A stretch of DNA of 64,000 nt from the NCBI GenBank assembly GCA_016789725.1, contig JAEUQN010000012.1, positions 1,448 through 65,447 of the forward strand. Reading direction: 5' to 3'. The notes beneath the pieces are model-generated. The model was not told where the DNA came from, made no database searches, and worked only from the letters and a program-made list of their open reading frames with translations. The DNA comes from Blastocatellia bacterium. GTDB taxonomy: Bacteria > Acidobacteriota > Blastocatellia > RBC074. The position numbers and the translations under genes are program-made. Below, piece after piece: positions 29,272 to 37,401 of the stretch. Positions within the stretch are counted from its first letter, which is position 1; each line of letters opens with the position of its first letter.

Positions 29272-31602
29272 TTGGCAACATATACGCAAGACAATCGGCA
29301 AATCCAAATCACGACGCCGCTCGGCAAAGACGAATTGCTGTTGACGGGACTCACCGGACAGGAAGGCGTGTCGCGGCTGTTTTCGTTTGACCTGCGGATG
29401 CTGTCGGAAAATCGCAGCGTCAAATTGGAAGACCTCGTCGGTAAAAAAGCCACGATCAAAATGACATTGCCCGATGGCACGGAACGGTTGATAAACGGCA
29501 TCGTCAGCACTTTTTCGCAAGGCGGCTCGACGATGATGGAAGACGGCACGACACCGAAAATCTTTGCGCAATATTCGGCGACGCTCGTCCCCTGGTTGTG
29601 GATGCTGACGCGCACCAGTGATTGTCGCATCTTTCAGGAAATGTCAGTGCCGGACATCCTCGAAAAGGTTTTCAAGGATAACGGATTCACAGATTTCAAA
29701 AATCGGTTGCAGGGCAGTTTCCAACCGCGTGAATACTGCGTGCAATACCGCGAAACGGCTTTCAATTTCGTGTCGCGGTTGATGGAAGAAGAAGGCATCT
29801 TTTATTTCTTTGAGCACGAGCAGGACAAGCACACCTTGATCCTGGCTAACAGTCCGAACGAGTTCAAGCCGTGTCCGCTGCAGGCGAAGGTGAGTTATAA
29901 AACGATTGCCGGGCAGGAACGCGATGAAGATGTCATCACAGATTTTGTGATGAGCCGCGAAGTGCGTCCGGGAGCATATACGATCCGCGACTTCAACTTT
30001 GAAAAGCCGACGATGGATTTGACTGCGAACTTGTCGGGCAAAGGCGAAAAGCAATTTGAAATTTACGACTATCCCGGCGAATACAAAACCAAGGACGAAG
30101 GGGAACGTCTGGTCGGCATTCGCGTGCAGGAAGAAGATTCACCGCAAATCGTCATCAACGGGGCCAGCACTTGTCGTAGTTTAGTCCCCGGCTTTCGCTT
30201 TGAGTTGCAGGATCATTATCGGCGCGACTTTAATAAATCGTATGTGCTGACGGCGATCTATCATTCGGCAGATGTCAGCGAGGCGTATCGCTCCAGCGAT
30301 GGGAACGAGACCGCGATGGAATACTACAATACGTTGCAGTGTGTCGTGCATCCATCCCCCTTCCGCCCATCACGCCTCACGCCTGTTCCGGTGGTTCACG
30401 GGACGCAAACCGCCATCGTCGTTGGTCCTTCTGGCGAGGAAATATTTTCTGACAAATACGGGCGCGTGAAAGTGCAATTCCATTGGGACCGCGATGGAAA
30501 GTACGATGACAAAAGCTCGTGTTGGATTCGCGTGTCCAGCACCTGGGCCGGCAAAGGCTGGGGGCAGATTTCAATCCCGCGCATTGGGCAGGAAGTCATT
30601 GTAGATTTTCTGGAAGGCGACCCTGACCGTCCGATCATCGTGGGGCGTGTCTACAACGCCGAATCCATGCCGCCCTATGCTTTGCCCGATGAGCAAACGA
30701 AAAGCACGATCAAAACCTATTCGTCCAAAGGCGGCGGCGGTTTCAACGAACTGCGGTTTGAAGATAAAAAGGGCAGTGAACAAATTTTCATTCACGCCGA
30801 AAAAGATACAGACTTTCGCGTCAAAAATGACCAGCGCGAATGGATTGGGCGCGACTCGCACGAAGTCATCAAACGTGACAAACGTAAGCTCGTCGAACGT
30901 GATGAACAGGTCGTCATCAAACGCGATGAAGTCGAAGAAATCGGACGCGATCACCATCTGAAAATCAAAGGCAAAGAAGCCATCGAAATTGCCCAAACGC
31001 AATCCATCAAGGTTAAAGGCAACAAGGCTGAAGAAGTCGGCGGCAATTATGGGCAAGCCGTGACGGGTAACATTTACCTGAAGGGGAACATGGTCGTGAT
31101 TGAGTCCAGCTCCGGCTTGACCCTGAAATGCGGCGGCAATTTCATCACGCTCTTGCCCGCTGGCGTCTTTATTCAAGGCACGATGGTGATGATTAATAGC
31201 GGGGGCGCGGCCTTGCCCGGAGTCCCTGGAATGCTCGTCCCGCCGACGGCCCCAGCGGAAGCAGAAGTGGCCGATAACGCTGATCCCGGCAGCAAAGAGC
31301 CGACCTATAAACAGCAGCGCGAACGGAAATCGGCGGCAGAGCAGGCTGCTGCAAATGCCGCTTCACATAATCCAAATTCTGAAGAAAACAAAGAGAAGAA
31401 AAACTGGGTCGAAATTCAAATGGTAAATGAAGATGACAAGCCTGTGCCGGGCGTGCGCTATCGCGTGACGTTGCCCGATGGCGAAACGTTGGCCGAAGGC
31501 ACGACCGATGAAAAAGGCTCGGCGCGCGTGGATGGCATTGATCCGGGGAGTTGCAAAGTCACCTTCCCCGATTTAGACAAAGAGGCCTGGTCGAAGAGTT
31601 AA
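29272..31602 (+). CDS. vgrG: T6SS spike protein VgrG (TssI) with C-terminal transthyretin-like extension
   Basis: REYCVQYRETAFNFVSRLMEEEGIFYFF, DKYGRVKVQFHWDR, IPRIGQEVIVDFLEGDPDRPI, NELRFEDKKGSEQIFIHAEKD; extension WVEIQMVNEDDKPVPGVRYRVTLPDG...GTTDEKG. TTG start with AGAGGA RBS. Confidence 0.97.
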   Translation: MATYTQDNRQIQITTPLGKDELLLTGLTGQEGVSRLFSFDLRMLSENRSVKLEDLVGKKATIKMTLPDGTERLINGIVSTFSQGGSTMMEDGTTPKIFAQYSATLVPWLWMLTRTSDCRIFQEMSVPDILEKVFKDNGFTDFKNRLQGSFQPREYCVQYRETAFNFVSRLMEEEGIFYFFEHEQDKHTLILANSPNEFKPCPLQAKVSYKTIAGQERDEDVITDFVMSREVRPGAYTIRDFNFEKPTMDLTANLSGKGEKQFEIYDYPGEYKTKDEGERLVGIRVQEEDSPQIVINGASTCRSLVPGFRFELQDHYRRDFNKSYVLTAIYHSADVSEAYRSSDGNETAMEYYNTLQCVVHPSPFRPSRLTPVPVVHGTQTAIVVGPSGEEIFSDKYGRVKVQFHWDRDGKYDDKSSCWIRVSSTWAGKGWGQISIPRIGQEVIVDFLEGDPDRPIIVGRVYNAESMPPYALPDEQTKSTIKTYSSKGGGGFNELRFEDKKGSEQIFIHAEKDTDFRVKNDQREWIGRDSHEVIKRDKRKLVERDEQVVIKRDEVEEIGRDHHLKIKGKEAIEIAQTQSIKVKGNKAEEVGGNYGQAVTGNIYLKGNMVVIESSSGLTLKCGGNFITLLPAGVFIQGTMVMINSGGAALPGVPGMLVPPTAPAEAEVADNADPGSKEPTYKQQRERKSAAEQAAANAASHNPNSEENKEKKNWVEIQMVNEDDKPVPGVRYRVTLPDGETLAEGTTDEKGSARVDGIDPGSCKVTFPDLDKEAWSKS

Positions 31603-31607
31603 GCACT

Positions 31608-32345
31608 ATGCCCGAAGATTACACTGTACAAACTGGAGATTGCATCAGCAGCATCGCCTTTGAGCGCGGCTTTTTCTGGGAGACAATTTGGAATCATCCC
31701 AAGAATGCTGAACTCAAACAAAAGCGCCAAGACCCGAACATCCTCAAGGAAGGTGACCTCGTTCACATTCCTGACAAGGAACTGAAAGAAGAATCGTGCG
31801 CGACCGATCAGAAGCATAAATTCAAAATGAAAGGCGTGCCGGCCAAGTTGAAATTGAAAGTGATGGAGCCGCCGAAAGCCGACGACGAACCGGCAGATGA
31901 TCCGGCAGGCGGTGCTGAAGATGGCTCGCACGTCGAAGACCCGGATTACAACCCCGAACCCGTTGAAGACGTGCCGGTGAAAAATGCGCCGTATCGGTTG
32001 GAGGTTGATGGCCAAGTGGTCAGTGAAGGCTCCACCGACGGCGAAGGCCAGGTCGAAATCGAATTGCCTCCCAACGCGCGCGAAGGCCGACTGGTCATTC
32101 GTCCAGGCACACCCGAAGAGCGCGTGTTGCCCTTGAATCTGGGCGGCATGGACCCGATTTCGGAAGTCTCCGGGGTGCGCAAGCGCCTTTCCAATTTGGG
32201 CTTTCCCTGCAACGCGACCGGCGATGAACTGACCGATGATTTGGCGTCTGCCCTACGGATGTTTCAGCAAAACAACAAGCTGGATGTGACCGGCAAAATT
32301 GATAGCGCAACCAAAGACAAGTTGAAGCAAATGCACGGCAGCTAA
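31608..32345 (+). CDS. LysM-like + TTR-like + peptidoglycan-binding domain protein
   Basis: YTVQTGDCISSIA...PNILKEGDLVHIP (LysM-like); PVKNAPYRLEVDG...GSTDGEG; RKRLSNLGF...ALRMFQQNNKLDVTGKID (PG_binding_1). Confidence 0.85.
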   Translation: MPEDYTVQTGDCISSIAFERGFFWETIWNHPKNAELKQKRQDPNILKEGDLVHIPDKELKEESCATDQKHKFKMKGVPAKLKLKVMEPPKADDEPADDPAGGAEDGSHVEDPDYNPEPVEDVPVKNAPYRLEVDGQVVSEGSTDGEGQVEIELPPNAREGRLVIRPGTPEERVLPLNLGGMDPISEVSGVRKRLSNLGFPCNATGDELTDDLASALRMFQQNNKLDVTGKIDSATKDKLKQMHGS

Positions 32346-32382
32346 AATGACCTGTTAACCTTGAAGGAGTAACCAAGACTCG

Positions 32383-34215
32383 ATGCCAGTAACGAAGATA
32401 AAAGTGACCTTCAATAAAGTCTACGCCAACGACTGTGGCGACATCGTTGGTGCAGGCGAATGGAAGCTGACCGCCAAGATTGACGGCAAAACGGTCGGCG
32501 ATCCGAACCATGAATTCGAGGTGCGGGACAAGGAAATGATCACCCTGTCCGACAAATGGTCGCGGGAGCTTGACCTGACGGACAAACTGCCGGGCGATAA
32601 AATCGAACTCTCGATGAAAGGGGTGGACGTGGATGTGATCAGCGATGACGAGTTGGGCGAAGCCAAGCTGACGCTGAAGTATCCGTTTGCGACCAAATAC
32701 GATAATGTCCCGATAGCTTCTTCCGTGGTCAAAGGGTTCTTCAAAGACAAACAATATTTTCAGGTGTACGTCTCGGTCCAGCAACTGGAAGTTAAAGCCA
32801 CCATCACCCCGGACAAGACCAAGGGCATTTTGGTCAGTCGCCAGAACGACGGCAGCAGCACGTTCACGACGATTTCGGGCAAGGCGGTGACGCCCCGGAT
32901 CGAAGTTTGTCCGGTCGTTCCGGTGCCGGTTTCTCCGACCAAGTTGCCACCGCGCCCGAAGGCGATGGAGGCGCTCAAAGCCGAATTAGCGCCAGGCGCT
33001 GACACCGAACATGCGGTGGCCATTGAATTGGATCCCGCCATGGAATGGAATTGTTTGGCCAATCCATCCTTTATCCCGTTCCTGAAAAAAAGCGATCCTG
33101 ATTTGACGAAAAAAGCGGCCCTGATCGGGGTGACCTGGGCGTGGCCGGGTGATTTGGAACTCAGCAAATTAACCTGGCACGTCAAAGAAGGGCCGATTGA
33201 GTTTGTCGGGGAAGCGACAGGTAGTTGGGTCAAAGTGCGTGGCACCGATTCGTCCGCCGATAAGATGGCGGTTATCGAAGTGCGTTGGGATGGCGAGAAA
33301 GGGCCGTTGATGGCGACCTTTCGCGCCTGGACAGGGCCGGTGAAAGAAATACGCTATCGGGTCAATGTCATCAATTGTGTGGACCCGATCAAGCACCCTG
33401 AACGCAACCCTACGGTGACCGCTGACGATTGTCTGAACTACATGAAAATCTCCCAGCTTATTTGGTGGCAATGCGGCATTGAATTTGTACCCGACCCTGA
33501 CACCACCGCCTGGGATAAAGCCGTGGCTTCCACGCACACGGGGATTTTTACCGTGCCTGCTGAAAAGGATAATTGGACGGTCAACGTCAATAACAACGTC
33601 TCGCCCATTGCGACGCGCTTGAATTTCAATCCAGGCGTCATCAACGTCGCGTTTGTTCGTTCGACGACCGGGACGAATGCCGCAGCGGTAGACCTGCAAG
33701 GTGTCTCAGGCAAAAAGGAAGAGCTGGATGGTTTCCCCAGCACGTCCTGGGTTTTGCCGAGCGGCGTGCCTCCCGATGGGGCCGCCAAAAAAATCAAGAT
33801 GGATACCTTCCCGCATCAGAACCGTTCCAATGCGTCTGACGCGGCGTATGTCAAAGCGCGCAAGAAGGTGCAGGCCAGCTTTTCCACGGACGACATAAAG
33901 AAGCGTTTGTACGGCGTTATCTATCCGTCAGACTGGACGGCGAGTTCCTCGGTGCACGCCTCCGGGCAAAATATGGCGCACGAGTTGGGGCATATTTTGT
34001 GTCTGTTTCATCGCGGCAGCGGTGGCGAAAACAATTGGAGTACGAAGACGAAGCTTTCGGATGATGGCGTGAACTCGGAAGACGACAAGGGCAAAAAGCG
34101 CGGGCATCCGTGGCGCGAAAATGTGATGGGCTATGATGTCCAGCGCGGGCTGGATGTGGACTTGATTCAAACCGCCGCCGTGCGCAAGCATCCGGGGCTG
34201 AAAAACAAAGCGTAG
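32383..34215 (+). CDS. Putative T6SS effector: C2-like N-domain and metzincin-type zinc metalloprotease motif
   Basis: AHELGHILCLFH and downstream ENVMGY (Met-turn-like); N-terminal DIVGAGEW...GVDVDVISDDELG. No signal peptide; two genes downstream of vgrG. Confidence 0.7.
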   Translation: MPVTKIKVTFNKVYANDCGDIVGAGEWKLTAKIDGKTVGDPNHEFEVRDKEMITLSDKWSRELDLTDKLPGDKIELSMKGVDVDVISDDELGEAKLTLKYPFATKYDNVPIASSVVKGFFKDKQYFQVYVSVQQLEVKATITPDKTKGILVSRQNDGSSTFTTISGKAVTPRIEVCPVVPVPVSPTKLPPRPKAMEALKAELAPGADTEHAVAIELDPAMEWNCLANPSFIPFLKKSDPDLTKKAALIGVTWAWPGDLELSKLTWHVKEGPIEFVGEATGSWVKVRGTDSSADKMAVIEVRWDGEKGPLMATFRAWTGPVKEIRYRVNVINCVDPIKHPERNPTVTADDCLNYMKISQLIWWQCGIEFVPDPDTTAWDKAVASTHTGIFTVPAEKDNWTVNVNNNVSPIATRLNFNPGVINVAFVRSTTGTNAAAVDLQGVSGKKEELDGFPSTSWVLPSGVPPDGAAKKIKMDTFPHQNRSNASDAAYVKARKKVQASFSTDDIKKRLYGVIYPSDWTASSSVHASGQNMAHELGHILCLFHRGSGGENNWSTKTKLSDDGVNSEDDKGKKRGHPWRENVMGYDVQRGLDVDLIQTAAVRKHPGLKNKA

Positions 34216-34230
34216 CTTGAGGACAACACG

Positions 34231-35022
34231 ATGGCTGGTAACAATCCAAATGAACCGACGCCGCAAGAATTAGTCCGGCAAGCAATCGCCTGGGCCAATG
34301 GCAAGACGCCCGCCGAGCAATCGCAATTGCTGTCATTTTTGAGTTCGCCTGATTACCTGAATCGCATAGATTCGCGCGAAGATTACATCAAATATCCACC
34401 GCGTATGTTGCGCTTCGCCCGTATTTTCAAGGCGCTGCTGAACAACGACTCTCTCGCCGCCCAGCAAACTTTGGTGGCGCTGACGCAGGTGCCGACCTTC
34501 AAAGATTCAGACGCCCGCGAAGAAATGTTAGTGAAGGCCTTGGCTATCGTGCGGCCTGCGCCCTCCGTTGTGGTGCAGTACTGGGATGCGCATAGCACGC
34601 CGGATTCGATCCACCTGCACTTCACGATTGATGCGCTGTGCCGCAACGGCTCAGACCCGGCCATCGCTTTGTTGGAGAAAAAGCTGATTGATCCCGATCA
34701 GGAAGTCGAATACAAGCTGGCCTGGATGCGTGGCCCGATCCTGGAACATCGCAACGACCTGCCGCTGTTGCGCGGTTGTCATCGCTTGTTGCAATCCACG
34801 ATGGACCCGGATTTGAAAGGCGCTTTGGTGGAGGCGTTGTGCGCGTACCGCAAGGTTGATTGGTACAAATCCTGTGATGCGCCGGTGCCGCCCCCTCGAT
34901 CCCTAGCCTCGCAGGAAGCGTTAGCCGAATTGCGCGCGATTTGTGAATATGCGAAAGAAAACCTGACGCTCCAACCATTAGAAAAAGTAGCAGTAGATAC
35001 AACGCTGATCGGATCACCCTAA
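34231..35022 (+). CDS. Helical hypothetical protein, putative cytoplasmic immunity/partner protein
   Basis: Directly after the protease gene; clear paralog of 35050-35952 (IVRPA...W.AHS.PDSI.L.FTIDALC.NGS.PA.ALLEK). No signal peptide. Confidence 0.75.
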   Translation: MAGNNPNEPTPQELVRQAIAWANGKTPAEQSQLLSFLSSPDYLNRIDSREDYIKYPPRMLRFARIFKALLNNDSLAAQQTLVALTQVPTFKDSDAREEMLVKALAIVRPAPSVVVQYWDAHSTPDSIHLHFTIDALCRNGSDPAIALLEKKLIDPDQEVEYKLAWMRGPILEHRNDLPLLRGCHRLLQSTMDPDLKGALVEALCAYRKVDWYKSCDAPVPPPRSLASQEALAELRAICEYAKENLTLQPLEKVAVDTTLIGSP

Positions 35023-35049
35023 CTTTCCGATCCGGTCGAAAGGCGACGC

Positions 35050-35952
35050 GTGATGAATGCCAAAACTCTTTTCAATCCGCTTTGGGGGCTACCGCTGCTT
35101 TCGATGCTGTATCTGTTCGCGTGTGAAGGGCATTCCAACGTAGTCAATTCAAAAGTCGAATCGGCTGAGTTAAGCAGTCAAGCCAGAACCCCGGACGAAG
35201 TGTTGCAGCAACTGCTGAAACTGGCGGCGAGCACCACTCCTGCGGACCAAAAACAATTGCTCGAATTTTTATCTTCAAAGGAAGCACTCTACCAGCTTGA
35301 TCGCCGCGAAGATCACATCCGCCTGCCCGTGCTGAAATTGCGCCTGGCGCAGGTTTATCAGGCGATCAAGGCCAATAATTCTGCGCCGATGCGTGACACG
35401 CTAATCACCTTGGCGCGTTCTGGGAAGCCGGAAAATTGCGATGCCTGCGACACGTTGCTCATCAACGCCTTGACGATTGTTCGGCCTGCCACACCGGAGG
35501 TCATCAAGTTTTGGGAAGCGCATAGTTCGCCTGATTCGATCCAGTTGAAATTCACGATTGATGCGCTGTGTGAAAATGGCTCCGCGCCCGCCGTCGCGTT
35601 ATTGGAAAAACGATTGCTCAATCCGCAGATCGAACCGGAACAGAAAATCGCGTGGATGCACGAAGCCATTCTTCAGCATCGGCGAAGTGCATCGCTGCTC
35701 GCGGGACTGGACCGCATTTTGACGACCACGTTGCCAAAAGCCCTGCGCCCGGCTTTGGTGGAATCGTTGTTTGATTACCGCCCGAACGAATGGTTCCGCA
35801 ACAGTCGAACCCCACCTGAGCCTGACGCACGACCGCTGACGCCCGAAGCCAAAAAGCTCTTGCAAAAAATCGGTGCGACCGCGTTGAAGAAAGTTTCGCT
35901 CAATGCCAATCAGCGCCGCGCCGTCACGAAATCATTGGCTGAATTGAAATAG
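35050..35952 (+). CDS. Lipoprotein paralog of the preceding gene, putative periplasmic immunity protein
   Basis: Hydrophobic N-terminus with lipobox LFAC; full-length similarity to 34231-35022. Confidence 0.75.
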   Translation: MMNAKTLFNPLWGLPLLSMLYLFACEGHSNVVNSKVESAELSSQARTPDEVLQQLLKLAASTTPADQKQLLEFLSSKEALYQLDRREDHIRLPVLKLRLAQVYQAIKANNSAPMRDTLITLARSGKPENCDACDTLLINALTIVRPATPEVIKFWEAHSSPDSIQLKFTIDALCENGSAPAVALLEKRLLNPQIEPEQKIAWMHEAILQHRRSASLLAGLDRILTTTLPKALRPALVESLFDYRPNEWFRNSRTPPEPDARPLTPEAKKLLQKIGATALKKVSLNANQRRAVTKSLAELK

Positions 35953-35968
35953 CAAAAGGAGTTTCACT

Positions 35969-36256
35969 ATGCCGCCAGCCGCCAGAATTACCGATATGCA
36001 CACTTGTCCAATGGTGACGGGCGTGGTGCCGCACGTCGGCGGACCGATTTTGCCACCAGGTTGTCCGACCGTGCTGATCGGCATGTTACCCGCCGCCCGT
36101 GTTGGCGATATGGCGACTTGTGTTGGGCCGCCGGATGTCATTGTGCTTGGCTCGTTCACGGTTCTGATTGGCGGCCAGCCTGCCGCGCGAATGGGGGATA
36201 TGACCGCGCACGGCGGCGTGATTGTGATGGGCTATCCGACGGTGATGATTGGTTGA
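35969..36256 (+). CDS. PAAR domain spike-tip protein
   Basis: Three PAAR motifs (PAARITD, PAARVGD, PAARMGD), HTCP, CVGPPD, TAHGG. Confidence 0.97.
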   Translation: MPPAARITDMHTCPMVTGVVPHVGGPILPPGCPTVLIGMLPAARVGDMATCVGPPDVIVLGSFTVLIGGQPAARMGDMTAHGGVIVMGYPTVMIG

Positions 36257-36293
36257 CGCGCAAGCTAGTGCTTTGTAATTCAAGTTATTGGAG

Positions 36294-36359
36294 GTAACGC
36301 GATTTGCCAAATCGCGGAGCTTCTCTTGGCGGTACACGCGATTTGGCAAATCGCGCTAC
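36294..36359. repeat. GTAG-type REP inverted doublet
   Basis: GTAACGCGATTTGCCAAATCGCG (36294-36316) and CGCGATTTGGCAAATCGCGCTAC (36337-36359), 22/23 complementary and each self-palindromic. Confidence 0.85.
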
Positions 36360-36485
36360 GACTTTCCCAAAAAACTAAAATTACACAGCACTAGGGCAAA
36401 ATAGTTTTGACGAATGGCTTCCTGTTTTTGCCCTGCAATCTCGCTTATGGAAATGAATCGGTACGAAACATAACTCGGAGGAATT

Positions 36486-37301
36486 GTGAGCACTTCAAAG
36501 AAACTGTGGGTTTGGGGATTGATTTTGCTATTGGACCTTTTTCTATTGAGCTGCAAAAGCTCAACTCCAACGGGGGAAACTGCCAGCAGCGGAGCTTCCT
36601 CGCCGGTTTCTTCATCTGGCAATGCAGCGAAATCAGGGTGCTATAACGCCTACTATCCCGCCAGCGCGACCATGAAGAAGACCTACAAAATTAGCTACGG
36701 AAACGGCGCGGCGTCCGCCTCCAACTACAGCGAATCCTATAGCAATTTGACCAGCGATGGCTTTGTCCAAAAGCTGGAATTCGCGCCGATGGAAAAGAGT
36801 GCCAAAGCGGGCGCGGCAACCGGCGTGACGGTCGAAGGCGGCATCAAATGCAAGCCGGATGGACTCGCCATTTTGGAATATGGCAACTTAACTGCCGGGC
36901 AAAATCTGAAGTACAAATACAAAACCATCAACACCAATGGCATCTCATTTCCGAACGACAGTGAATGGAAGGTCGGGAAGAAATGGCAGATGGTGTATGA
37001 TGTCGAAGGACAAATGACGGAAGCCCCGATTGAAGCAATGAAAATGTCACCGAAAGGCACGATCACGATTAGCTGCGAAATCCTTGGTAGCGAATCCGTG
37101 ACGGTGGCGACCGGAACCTATGATGCGTTCAAGGTTGCAATGACCTACAATTCAAACCTGAAGCTCAATATGATGGGCCGCGAAATGCCTATGAATATGA
37201 CCTTCAAATCAAATACCTGGTTTGCCAAAGATATTGGCATGATTAAATCCAGCACAGACGAATTTAAGGCCATCACGGAACTGGTGGCCTTGACCAAATA
37301 A
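36486..37301 (+). CDS. Lipoprotein, DUF3108/TapB-like beta-rich fold
   Basis: Lipobox LLSC, Ser-rich tether, CYNAYYP, ESVTVATGTYDAFKV, WFAKDIGMIK. Confidence 0.7.
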   Translation: MSTSKKLWVWGLILLLDLFLLSCKSSTPTGETASSGASSPVSSSGNAAKSGCYNAYYPASATMKKTYKISYGNGAASASNYSESYSNLTSDGFVQKLEFAPMEKSAKAGAATGVTVEGGIKCKPDGLAILEYGNLTAGQNLKYKYKTINTNGISFPNDSEWKVGKKWQMVYDVEGQMTEAPIEAMKMSPKGTITISCEILGSESVTVATGTYDAFKVAMTYNSNLKLNMMGREMPMNMTFKSNTWFAKDIGMIKSSTDEFKAITELVALTK

Positions 37302-37401
37302 CGTTTCCACGATTCACGAACTCATCCAACGCAAACGCCCCGTCCATCTGGTTTGCGTCGCACACAACCACCTGCCCCCACGAGATTAGAAGGAGAAGCG
37401 A

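Noticed and set aside
28318-31602. GH19 plus spike, sheath and tube genes as a prophage, tailocin or eCIS
   Set aside because: No capsid, terminase, integrase, tape measure or holin; TssL/M/K/A and ClpV define a T6SS.
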